Source: an uncultured Lachnospiraceae bacterium
Lineage (GTDB): Bacteria; Bacillota; Clostridia; Lachnospirales; Lachnospiraceae
NCBI GenBank assembly: GCA_910588405.1
Contig: CAJUPT010000003.1
Coordinates: 43,765 to 107,764 of the forward strand
Length of the DNA: 64,000 nucleotides
Reading direction: 5' to 3'
Part shown: positions 49,173 to 56,838 of the stretch, in pieces
Layout: every line of letters starts with the position of its first letter
How positions within the stretch are numbered: position 1 is the first letter of the stretch
Notes under the pieces: model-generated
Databases searched by the model: none
Seen by the model: the letters and a program-made list of their open reading frames with translations, nothing else
Told to the model about the DNA's origin: nothing
Translations under genes and position numbers: made by a program

Positions 49173-50231
49173 CTACTTCTCCTCCGCCCCTTCATGTCTG
49201 GGATGTTCTTTTACTTCCAGACAGGCTTTTAACGTGGCGGTAAAGATATCTGTTTTTCGTCTGCTCTCGTAAAAGTTCAGCATAAGGCTGATAGCGTTTT
49301 CATCCATTACCACATATTTTGACGGAAGGGATGTCAAAATCAGTGCGTGTACATCGGCACGGCATCTGGGGCAAGGGCACACGCCGTATTCTTTGATATA
49401 TTTATCCAGATCCACACGGGCCACCAGCGTCTCCATCACGTTTACCATCCGATAACCGGACTGGGAGGGCTGCGTGGGCTGTGTGGTGGTATTCGAAGTT
49501 TCTGCTGTCGCGGCAGTATCCGTATTCTCTGTGGCTGCCGCATCTGCGACTGTTTCCGTCGTCTCTGCCGCCGTAGTCATATCGGCAGACGCAGTCATAT
49601 CTGCGACCGTTTCCATCGTCTCTGCCGTCGCGGTCGTATCGCCAGACGTTTCCGTAGCTTCTGCTGCCGCAGTCACATTCGCGGCCATATCCATCGTTTC
49701 TGTGGCTGTATTCATCTCTGTATCCATTATTGGCTCCGCAATCTCTGTTTTTATTGTTTCTATATCCGCAGACGCCGCAGCTTCGGCTGCCGTCTGTGCG
49801 TCTGCAGTCTCTGTCGATTTCTGCTCTGCTGACGGTTCCGTATGTATCGACGCCATGTTGCTTTGCAGATCTTCTCTTTGCACTTCCGGGCTCTGCGATT
49901 CCTGATCTTGCAATCCTACCATCCCGCCTGCCGCTTCGGTCTGCTCCTTCAGTTCCTCTTCCAGCTGCTGCTCTAGCTGTCCTCTAATCTCCTCGGACAG
50001 CCGCTCGCTTTCCTGGTCCTCATCCACCACAACGACCTTCTTAATCTCCGCATCCGGCGATACGCCCGAAACAGATGTCTGGGCTGCCTGAACACTCTGA
50101 CCATTCGATATAGCCTGCGCACTCTGCTCGTTCTGCAGCTCCTGCCCGCTCTGGCCTTCCTGGCCCTGTTCTTCCTCTCCGTTGGTGATCAGGTTCATAA
50201 CATATGATGTTTTATTTGACTTTCTGGGCAT
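49173..50231 (-). CDS. YvyF/ComFB-like flagellar operon protein with repetitive T/A/E-rich N-terminal region
   Basis: C-terminal domain with four Cys (CPCPRCRADVHALILTSLPSKYVV) as in ComFB/YvyF. The middle section has imperfect TAAET/ETVAD repeats. Confidence 0.55.
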   Translation of the reverse strand: MPRKSNKTSYVMNLITNGEEEQGQEGQSGQELQNEQSAQAISNGQSVQAAQTSVSGVSPDAEIKKVVVVDEDQESERLSEEIRGQLEQQLEEELKEQTEAAGGMVGLQDQESQSPEVQREDLQSNMASIHTEPSAEQKSTETADAQTAAEAAASADIETIKTEIAEPIMDTEMNTATETMDMAANVTAAAEATETSGDTTATAETMETVADMTASADMTTAAETTETVADAAATENTDTAATAETSNTTTQPTQPSQSGYRMVNVMETLVARVDLDKYIKEYGVCPCPRCRADVHALILTSLPSKYVVMDENAISLMLNFYESRRKTDIFTATLKACLEVKEHPRHEGAEEK

Positions 50232-50232
50232 T

Positions 50233-51114
50233 TTACTTCACCTCCCCGAGATGGATTTTCCCGGCGATCTCACTTAAGAAATCCTGATAATCCTGCACAG
50301 CCTTGGAACGGGGATCATACTCAAATATACTCTCCCCATGAGCGGGCGCCTCCGCGATTGCAACGCCGTTTCGAATTTTCGTATCAAAGACCACCGAATC
50401 GATCTGACCGGCCAGCTGCTCCGCCATTTCCAGCACATCCCGGGAGAGAATGGTGCGGGAACTGAACTTCGTAAGCAGAATGCCCAGCACCTGAAGCCGG
50501 GGATTCAGGCCGCTTTTTACGCTGTCTATGGTCTCCTTAAGCTGGGACAGCCCCACCAGGCTTAGGATATCGCTGCCCATGGGGATAATCAGAAAATCAG
50601 ACACCGTATAGGCGTTGATCGTCAGCAGATTCAGTGCCGGCGGCGTATCGATAATCATATAGTCATACTGGTTTAAAACCGGCGCGATCGTATCACGCAG
50701 GATACATTCCCGTTTTCCGGACACATTCAGACCGTTGCTCAGCGTAATATCGGAGGGCAGGATATCTCCATAATTCGTGGGCTGAATCACCTCCCTGATC
50801 GGCACTATACCCTTTAAGGCATCCAGCACCGTATAACTGGCGCCGCTTTGCATTCCCATGCAGAAGCCCAGATTTCCCTGGGGGTCAAGGTCTATTCCCA
50901 GCACACTTTTCCCGGCCAGATACAGCCCCGTAGCCAGAGCAGCCGACGTCGTCGTCTTCCCGACCCCGCCTTTCTGATTTGATACCGTTATAATCGTCGC
51001 CAAAGCGCTCCCTCCTATAATAATATCCGCAAATATCTTCTGACAAACGCCGTAAGCCCCGCAACAGTCCGCTGTCTTTTCACGCAGCAACACACTTCCG
51101 GCCGATCTACGCAA
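50233..51114 (-). CDS. ParA/MinD-family P-loop ATPase (start uncertain)
   Basis: Deviant Walker A SNQKGGVGKTTTSAALA. The likely true start is internal, near ..ATIITVSNQ. Confidence 0.75.
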   Translation of the reverse strand: MRRSAGSVLLREKTADCCGAYGVCQKIFADIIIGGSALATIITVSNQKGGVGKTTTSAALATGLYLAGKSVLGIDLDPQGNLGFCMGMQSGASYTVLDALKGIVPIREVIQPTNYGDILPSDITLSNGLNVSGKRECILRDTIAPVLNQYDYMIIDTPPALNLLTINAYTVSDFLIIPMGSDILSLVGLSQLKETIDSVKSGLNPRLQVLGILLTKFSSRTILSRDVLEMAEQLAGQIDSVVFDTKIRNGVAIAEAPAHGESIFEYDPRSKAVQDYQDFLSEIAGKIHLGEVK

Positions 51115-51179
51115 AATCTTTGTACATCCGCACAGCTATGTATACATGTGAGCCGCTGCGCATATGTACGATCGGATTT

Positions 51180-51989
51180 CTAAACGTCAATTTCCCCCAT
51201 CGCACGGATCGAATCTGCCACGGAATCTACCAGTTGTCTGATTTCGGCATACACGGCGGAGGATTCGTTTGCCAAGCGGCCAATCTCCTCAGCCACCACA
51301 CTGAAGCCGACACCGGCATTTCCGGCCCGGCCGGCCTCTATGGAAGCATTCAATGAAAGCATCTTTTCCGTAACTGCCGTCTGCTCCAGCTCTCTCGCCT
51401 TCATCTTAATCTTCTTCATGGCTTCCTGAACGGTCTGGGACTCTTTGTTAAACACTTCAATTCTAATCTGATTCTTCTTCTGCTCATAGACATTGATAAC
51501 CCACTGCTCAATTGTTGAGGAAAACAATTCGGCATAGGCCTCCACTGCCTTTTTCGAACGGATCGGCACCTTCTCCAATGCCTGTAAGCAATCCTCCTCA
51601 TTCAGTCCCAAGTCACCAAAAATAGAACGATAATAGTCCGGGTCCGGATGCTCCAAAAGCGCCTGACCGCCGATCAGTATTCCGGCCAGCTTTCCGTCCA
51701 CCTCAAGATATTTCGAAAATTCCATCAGCCCCGCATGACAGCGATAAAAGCCTCCGCCATTTTTCGCACACTGGCCGCACCGCTCCTTCCCGACCATGCT
51801 GCTGCCGATCTTCCGGCAAAAATCGGGATAGTTACTGGGCTTTGTAACAGGCTCGCCTGCAGCATCCAGAATCACAGCCGCCAATCCCGTGGCGTCAGAC
51901 AGGAGATTCTGCATCCGCTGCAGCTCTTTCACATCAACGATGCCACGCAGCTGAAGAGATTCCCTGTCCTGATTCCACTTTTCTTCCAT
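51180..51989 (-). CDS. PocR sensory domain protein fused to a short methyl-accepting chemotaxis signalling segment
   Basis: PocR motif (FCRKIGSS...RCGQC...YRCHAGLMEF). C-terminal MCP tip signature SLNASIEAGRAGNAGVGFSVVAEEIGRLANES. Confidence 0.7.
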   Translation of the reverse strand: MEEKWNQDRESLQLRGIVDVKELQRMQNLLSDATGLAAVILDAAGEPVTKPSNYPDFCRKIGSSMVGKERCGQCAKNGGGFYRCHAGLMEFSKYLEVDGKLAGILIGGQALLEHPDPDYYRSIFGDLGLNEEDCLQALEKVPIRSKKAVEAYAELFSSTIEQWVINVYEQKKNQIRIEVFNKESQTVQEAMKKIKMKARELEQTAVTEKMLSLNASIEAGRAGNAGVGFSVVAEEIGRLANESSAVYAEIRQLVDSVADSIRAMGEIDV

Positions 51990-51992
51990 GGC

Positions 51993-52937
51993 TTACACCT
52001 CCCGGCCCAGATCTTCGTTAAATTTGGCGATCAGCTGATCCATCACCTCTACCAGATGACCGATCTCCGGCTTGGAAAGCTGCTCGCTGGCGCCTAGCTC
52101 TTTGCCCTTGATGTACATCTGCTCATTAATCAGGGAAGAGAAAATCACCACCGGAATCTTTTTCAGACGGGAATCTTCCTTAATCAGCTTGGTCAGCCGG
52201 TGTCCATCCATCTCCGGCATCTCAATATCCGTAATCACAATGTTTACCTTATCATATAAATCGGGATCATTGCGCAGACTGTGCAGATAGTTCCATGCCT
52301 CCTGTCCGTTGTTGAAATTAGTCACGTTCATAAATCCGGCCCGCTCCAAGGAATCATCAATCATCTTCTGCAGCAGAATGGAATCCTCTGCGATCACTAC
52401 CGGTCTGTCACACAGCGCTCTGTCGCCCATCTCATCGATCTCGGAAATCTGAATCGTCGTCTCTGGGGCAATCTCGGCCACGATCTTCTCAAAATCCAGA
52501 ATCGTCACCAGCTGGTCGTCGCACTGGGCGATACCGGTGGCCACGCCCTCGTCGCCATTATTTAAGGTTTTATCCGGCTTCTGAATATCTTTCCAGGAAA
52601 TCCGGCTGATCCCCTCGATGCTCTGCACCCGAAATGCCACCGTCATCTTATTAAAATTGGTTACGATAAACAGGTCTCTGGGCGCATTCTCCACGGTCTG
52701 CCCGGTCAGGTAGAAGGGCAGATTGATGACCGTTATCAGCGTTTCTCTGGGCTTGAAAATGCCTTCCACCGCAGGATGAGAATGGGGCATGGGCTTTACC
52801 TTATCACTCATGATGATTTCCTGCACCTTGGCCACGTTGATACCGTAAAACTCGCCCAGCACCTTGAATTTCATGACCTCAATCTCATTGGTTCCTGATT
52901 CCAGCAAGATTCCTTTGTTATCCTTATTGTTTGTCAT
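51993..52937 (-). CDS. cheV: chemotaxis protein CheV (CheW-like domain + response-regulator receiver)
   Basis: N-terminal CheW domain (FKVLGEFYGINVAKVQEI) and C-terminal REC domain with phospho-acceptor (VVIAEDS...ITDIEMPEMDG...KIPVVIFSS). Confidence 0.85.
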   Translation of the reverse strand: MTNNKDNKGILLESGTNEIEVMKFKVLGEFYGINVAKVQEIIMSDKVKPMPHSHPAVEGIFKPRETLITVINLPFYLTGQTVENAPRDLFIVTNFNKMTVAFRVQSIEGISRISWKDIQKPDKTLNNGDEGVATGIAQCDDQLVTILDFEKIVAEIAPETTIQISEIDEMGDRALCDRPVVIAEDSILLQKMIDDSLERAGFMNVTNFNNGQEAWNYLHSLRNDPDLYDKVNIVITDIEMPEMDGHRLTKLIKEDSRLKKIPVVIFSSLINEQMYIKGKELGASEQLSKPEIGHLVEVMDQLIAKFNEDLGREV

Positions 52938-52958
52938 CGCTTTTTCCAGCCCCTTTCT

Positions 52959-53444
52959 CTACAAATACCGCTCCGGCTTCCCCACTGCTCTGATCATAAC
53001 GCTGCCGGTGGCCACGTCCAGAAACATGGTTCTCGCGCAGGTTCCGCCTGTATCCTCCGCCGCAATCCGCAGGCCCTCTTCCCTTAACACCTGCTTGACC
53101 ACCATTATATTGCGCTGCCCAATATTGCCGAAATCCGCTTTTCCGCTGATCTCAAACATTTTCGCTCCGCCGGCAATCTTCACTACGGTTCTTGACTTCA
53201 TCATGCCAAAAGCCGTCAGTTTCCTCAATGTCTCGTGAATACCTGCGTCCGCATACTTAAAAGGATTCATATCTCCGCCCGCACCCTTGTTGGGCAGCAT
53301 AACATGAAGCAACGCGCCCAGATGAATCATCGGATCATAAAATGTAACGCCGATACACGACCCAAGCGCATATGTAACGACCCGACCCTCATTTCTGGTA
53401 AATTTCATATCGCCAATTCCAACTTTAAGATCCTTATCAAACAT
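52959..53444 (-). CDS. cheD: chemoreceptor glutamine deamidase CheD
   Basis: CheD signature (ALGSCIGVTFYD...GALLHVMLP). 161 aa. Confidence 0.9.
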   Translation of the reverse strand: MFDKDLKVGIGDMKFTRNEGRVVTYALGSCIGVTFYDPMIHLGALLHVMLPNKGAGGDMNPFKYADAGIHETLRKLTAFGMMKSRTVVKIAGGAKMFEISGKADFGNIGQRNIMVVKQVLREEGLRIAAEDTGGTCARTMFLDVATGSVMIRAVGKPERYL

Positions 53445-53446
53445 CG

Positions 53447-54067
53447 TTATGAAACCCCTAATTTGTTTAAAATTCTATTTAAAGATGCAATGTCAGCCAG
53501 CATCAGCAGCCAGTCGTTCATCTTCTCCCCTTCAATGAGGAAATCCGCGTCAAAATACATCAGCTGGTCCGTGTCATTTCCGCATTCGGTCATAGGAACG
53601 GTCAGAATGCCGCCTAACATATTGATGGTAAAGCTGGGCACGGAAAGCTGGATATCCATTCCCGCCAGCTGTGAAAAAGCATTGATGTAAGAACAGATAA
53701 TAATATTCCCCACTTCCGTCAGGGCCGATGCGCCCAGCTCATCCATCTCCTCTAAACCATCAAAGGTCTTTCCCATAAATTTCTCCAGGATTCTGTTGGC
53801 AAAACGCAGGTTAAAGAGGAACAGCATCAGGCCGTCCACATCACCGTCCATTTTCACCAGCGTCGCGGCCACAATTTCCTCCGGGTCTCCGGTCTGATCA
53901 AGCGCCGTCTGATAATTCAGGACGCTGACCCGGGGGATCGTAATGCGGACCTCTTTCTGAAGCATTTTGGAAAGAGAGGTGGCCGCATGGCTGGTGCCTA
54001 TGCTGCCGATCTCCTTCATGATATCCAGTTCCTGAAGATTCATATCGCTATATTTTACTATCGCCAC
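53447..54067 (-). CDS. cheC: CheY-P phosphatase CheC
   Basis: CheC family pattern (DIMKEIGSIGTSHAATSLSKML...LTEVGNIIICSYINAF). 206 aa. Confidence 0.85.
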   Translation of the reverse strand: MAIVKYSDMNLQELDIMKEIGSIGTSHAATSLSKMLQKEVRITIPRVSVLNYQTALDQTGDPEEIVAATLVKMDGDVDGLMLFLFNLRFANRILEKFMGKTFDGLEEMDELGASALTEVGNIIICSYINAFSQLAGMDIQLSVPSFTINMLGGILTVPMTECGNDTDQLMYFDADFLIEGEKMNDWLLMLADIASLNRILNKLGVS

Positions 54068-54120
54068 CTTTGCTGTCCCTCCTAAATATCGTTCCGCTTC
54101 GTCTCTTACTTCTCTCTACT

Positions 54121-54876
54121 CTATCCTCTCAGCGAATTTACGGTCTGCACTGTCTCGTCAGACGTTTCGACCATTTTCAACGCGTAAGAAAACGCTCTCT
54201 GGGTCTCGATCATCTTGACATATTCGTCAGCCACATTCACACCGGAGCCTTCCAAATAACCGGTTTCCAGATAAGGATTTTCCACCGGGATCGGCTCTAC
54301 ACCCTCGTCAGAGGGAACATATTCGTTGTCGCCGATGCTCAAAAGACGGCTGGGCAAATTAAAGGTGACGATGCCTGGCTGCGCCTGAACTCGCTCATCC
54401 CCTTCCGCAGCCGCTTCCCCATCTTCCCCGATTTGAGGCATAATCAGCTCAATCGGCTGCTCATTTTCATCCAGCACCAGCTTTCCATTCTGGGTGGTCA
54501 GATAGAACACGCCGTCGATCTCACCACGATGAAAATCACCGTCTCTGGTGTAGGTAATCTCGCCGGTGGCCACATCCTGCACCATGAAGAAAGTATTTCG
54601 ATCACCCAGAGCATAATTCAGCTTATTTCTTGTCTCCTGAAATGCAGAAGCCTCAAAAGGGGTGTAAGTACGCTGTACCCGCATACCTGCGCCCGCCTGC
54701 AACTCTGTCACCGCCTCGATATCGTCATTCAAATTATAATTGATCAGTTCAGAAAATACCGCCGTTTTCGGCTTATACCCGGTATTATTCACATTCGCCA
54801 GGTTATTGGAAACTACGTCCAATTTGTTCAGACAATTATCAGCCCCGATTGAACCGACATAAAATGACATCTCCAT
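54121..54876 (-). CDS. flgG: flagellar basal-body rod protein FlgG/FlgF family
   Basis: N-terminal rod motif LDVVSNNLANVNNTGYK and C-terminal GYLEGSGVNVADEYVKMIETQRAFSY. Confidence 0.85.
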   Translation of the reverse strand: MEMSFYVGSIGADNCLNKLDVVSNNLANVNNTGYKPKTAVFSELINYNLNDDIEAVTELQAGAGMRVQRTYTPFEASAFQETRNKLNYALGDRNTFFMVQDVATGEITYTRDGDFHRGEIDGVFYLTTQNGKLVLDENEQPIELIMPQIGEDGEAAAEGDERVQAQPGIVTFNLPSRLLSIGDNEYVPSDEGVEPIPVENPYLETGYLEGSGVNVADEYVKMIETQRAFSYALKMVETSDETVQTVNSLRG

Positions 54877-54895
54877 AAAATTTTACCTCCAAATC

Positions 54896-55108
54896 TAGTT
54901 CCGCTGCGCCCCTGCCTGCACACCTGGTTCCGGATGAATTTCCGGCCATGTTCCATGTCCGTAAATCCATCCATGCACAGTCCGGGGCTACGCTGATTTC
55001 AGTTCCGCTGCGCCCCTGCCTGCACACCTGGTTCCGGATGAATTTCCGGCCATGTTCCATGTCCGTAAATCCATCCGTGTACAGTCCGGGGCTACGCTGA
55101 TTTCAATA
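54896..55108 (-). repeat. two tandem copies (~107 nt each) of a GGA-rich leader element in the flgF-flgG intergenic region
   Basis: 54896-55002 and 55001-55105 are near-identical. Each contains the ccggatgaatttccgg hairpin. The element abuts the flgG RBS (tagatttggaggtaaaattttATG). Confidence 0.85.
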
Positions 55109-55115
55109 CCCCTGC

Positions 55116-55880
55116 CTACAGCCGTCCTATATCTGTCGATGCCTTTCCCAGCATCTGGTCATACATCTTCAGTACCTGAGCGGCACTTTGGAGCGCTCTT
55201 TGGGAGGACATCATGGCGGTCATTTCTTCTACCATGTTGACATTTGATTTTTCGATCACCTTCCAGAGGATGCCGGTCTCTCCGCCGCCGATTTCATCCA
55301 TCGCCTCGATCTGCGCCTGGTTTGTGGAGAACAGACCATTGTCTTCCTTATGCAGCTGATCGTAATCGGCAAAATCCACTACCTTCAGGGTTCCGAAAAC
55401 ATCTCCGTCCAGTCGGAAGGTTCCGCCGTCAGCGCTGAAATTTTCACTGGTAACCTGAATCGGCTGATTGTCCTCAGAGAGAACCTGGCCTAGCTCGTTC
55501 AGAATCAGATATCCGTCCTCGTCTACGGAGAAGGAACCGTTCCTCGTGTATCGCTCGCCTTCAGGGGTACGGATGCAGAAAAATCCGTTTCCACTCAAGG
55601 CGAAATCATAGATACTGTCTGTCTCCCGCAAAGACCCTTGGGTATAATCCACATAGGTCTGCTGGGCCGATACAATTTTTGCGCTGGTAGCCAGCTCTGT
55701 GGGATTTCCCTTGCTCACCGTACCCGTACGGATTAGCATTTCCTCGTCAAAGGTCCGTGCTAACATCGTATCTGACTTATAACCGGGAGTCTGAATGTTC
55801 ACCATATTATTACTGATGGTATTCAGATCACGGTTCTGGGTCAGCATACCGGAAACCAGATTATAAAAACCCTGATACAT
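55116..55880 (-). CDS. flgF: flagellar basal-body rod protein FlgF/FlgG family
   Basis: N-terminal LVSGMLTQNRDLNTISNNMVNIQTPGYK and C-terminal KSNVNMVEEMTAMMSSQRALQSAAQ rod-protein domain. Confidence 0.85.
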   Translation of the reverse strand: MYQGFYNLVSGMLTQNRDLNTISNNMVNIQTPGYKSDTMLARTFDEEMLIRTGTVSKGNPTELATSAKIVSAQQTYVDYTQGSLRETDSIYDFALSGNGFFCIRTPEGERYTRNGSFSVDEDGYLILNELGQVLSEDNQPIQVTSENFSADGGTFRLDGDVFGTLKVVDFADYDQLHKEDNGLFSTNQAQIEAMDEIGGGETGILWKVIEKSNVNMVEEMTAMMSSQRALQSAAQVLKMYDQMLGKASTDIGRL

Positions 55881-55884
55881 ATAC

Positions 55885-55992
55885 TACCTCCAATTTAGTT
55901 CCGCTTCGCCCCCTACCAGCACACTTTACCCAAGATTAATTTCCAGCCACGTTCCGCGTCTGTAAATCAATCTGTGCGCTGTCCGGGGGCTA
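55885..55992 (-). repeat. third, diverged copy (~75% identity) of the ~107-nt element, between fliA and flgF
   Basis: tagttccgcttcgccccctaccagcacac...gtccgggggctacgctgttctag aligns to the tandem copies along its whole length. A partial fourth start (tagttccgctgtc) follows. Confidence 0.7.
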
Positions 55993-56032
55993 CGCTGTTC
56001 TAGTTCCGCTGTCTTTTAGTTCCGTCTTATCT

Positions 56033-56806
56033 CTAATCCAGCTGTTCCTTCACCGATTTTCTCAGCTTCTGAATCGCTGTCTTGTGCATCTGTGACACTC
56101 TGGAATCGCTTACCTGCAATACCTGAGAGATCTGGTGCATCGTGAGTCCCTCCACATAATAAAGGGATATCACCGTCCTTAAATTCTCTCCCAGCTGGTT
56201 CACCGCTTCCTCCAAAATCTCGATTACTTCATTCTGTATATAGCTTTCCTCTGGCTGTGTACTGGAATCCTCGCTGGCAATCTGTAAAACCAGGTCCTCC
56301 TTCCCGTCCTCCACGGGACTATCGAGAGAAACTGCCTCGTACATCTTCACCCGCTGCAACAGCGTCCTGCACCGCTTCAGGTTCATCTGCATGAATTCTG
56401 CCAACTCTTCATCCGTGGGCGGCCTCCCGCGTTCCTTCGTCAGGTGGCGTATCGCCTCGTCCATAGTTTTTTTTCGCTTGTGGTAGGTCCGGGGCATCAT
56501 GTCCTTTTCCCTTACCAGATCGAAAATCATTCCTCTGATCCGCCGGGAGATAAATGTGGAAAACTTGATCCCCTTATCCGGATCAAACCGGTCGATGCCC
56601 TTCATAATCGCAATCGCACCCTCGTTTACCACATCATCTACCTGCATAAAGTGGGAATACAGCTTATTCATTTCTATGGCGATAGATTTGGCCAGATACA
56701 GATAGCGGAGAGTCAACTCCTGTTTGATCTCAAGTTCCTTCTCCTTCTGATACAGTGCAAAAAGCTCCTCGTCCGTCAACTCCTTTAACTTATCGCGTAG
56801 CTCCAT
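56033..56806 (-). CDS. fliA: flagellar sigma factor sigma-28 (FliA/SigD)
   Basis: Region 2 (FSTFISRRIRGMIFDLVRE) and region 4 HTH (LTMHQISQVLQVSDSRVSQMHKTAIQKLR). Confidence 0.9.
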   Translation of the reverse strand: MELRDKLKELTDEELFALYQKEKELEIKQELTLRYLYLAKSIAIEMNKLYSHFMQVDDVVNEGAIAIMKGIDRFDPDKGIKFSTFISRRIRGMIFDLVREKDMMPRTYHKRKKTMDEAIRHLTKERGRPPTDEELAEFMQMNLKRCRTLLQRVKMYEAVSLDSPVEDGKEDLVLQIASEDSSTQPEESYIQNEVIEILEEAVNQLGENLRTVISLYYVEGLTMHQISQVLQVSDSRVSQMHKTAIQKLRKSVKEQLD

Positions 56807-56838
56807 GCCGTCTCATCCTTTACTACTGTTTGCGCCTG

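Noticed and set aside
49347-49987. Plus-strand Cys/Arg-rich ORFs (161, 143 and 85 aa)
   Set aside because: Antisense to the repetitive T/A/E-rich portion of the YvyF-like gene. Repeat-driven open frames, not genes.
54070-54852. 260-aa plus-strand ORF
   Set aside because: Antisense to flgG, which has strong rod-protein motifs. Spurious.
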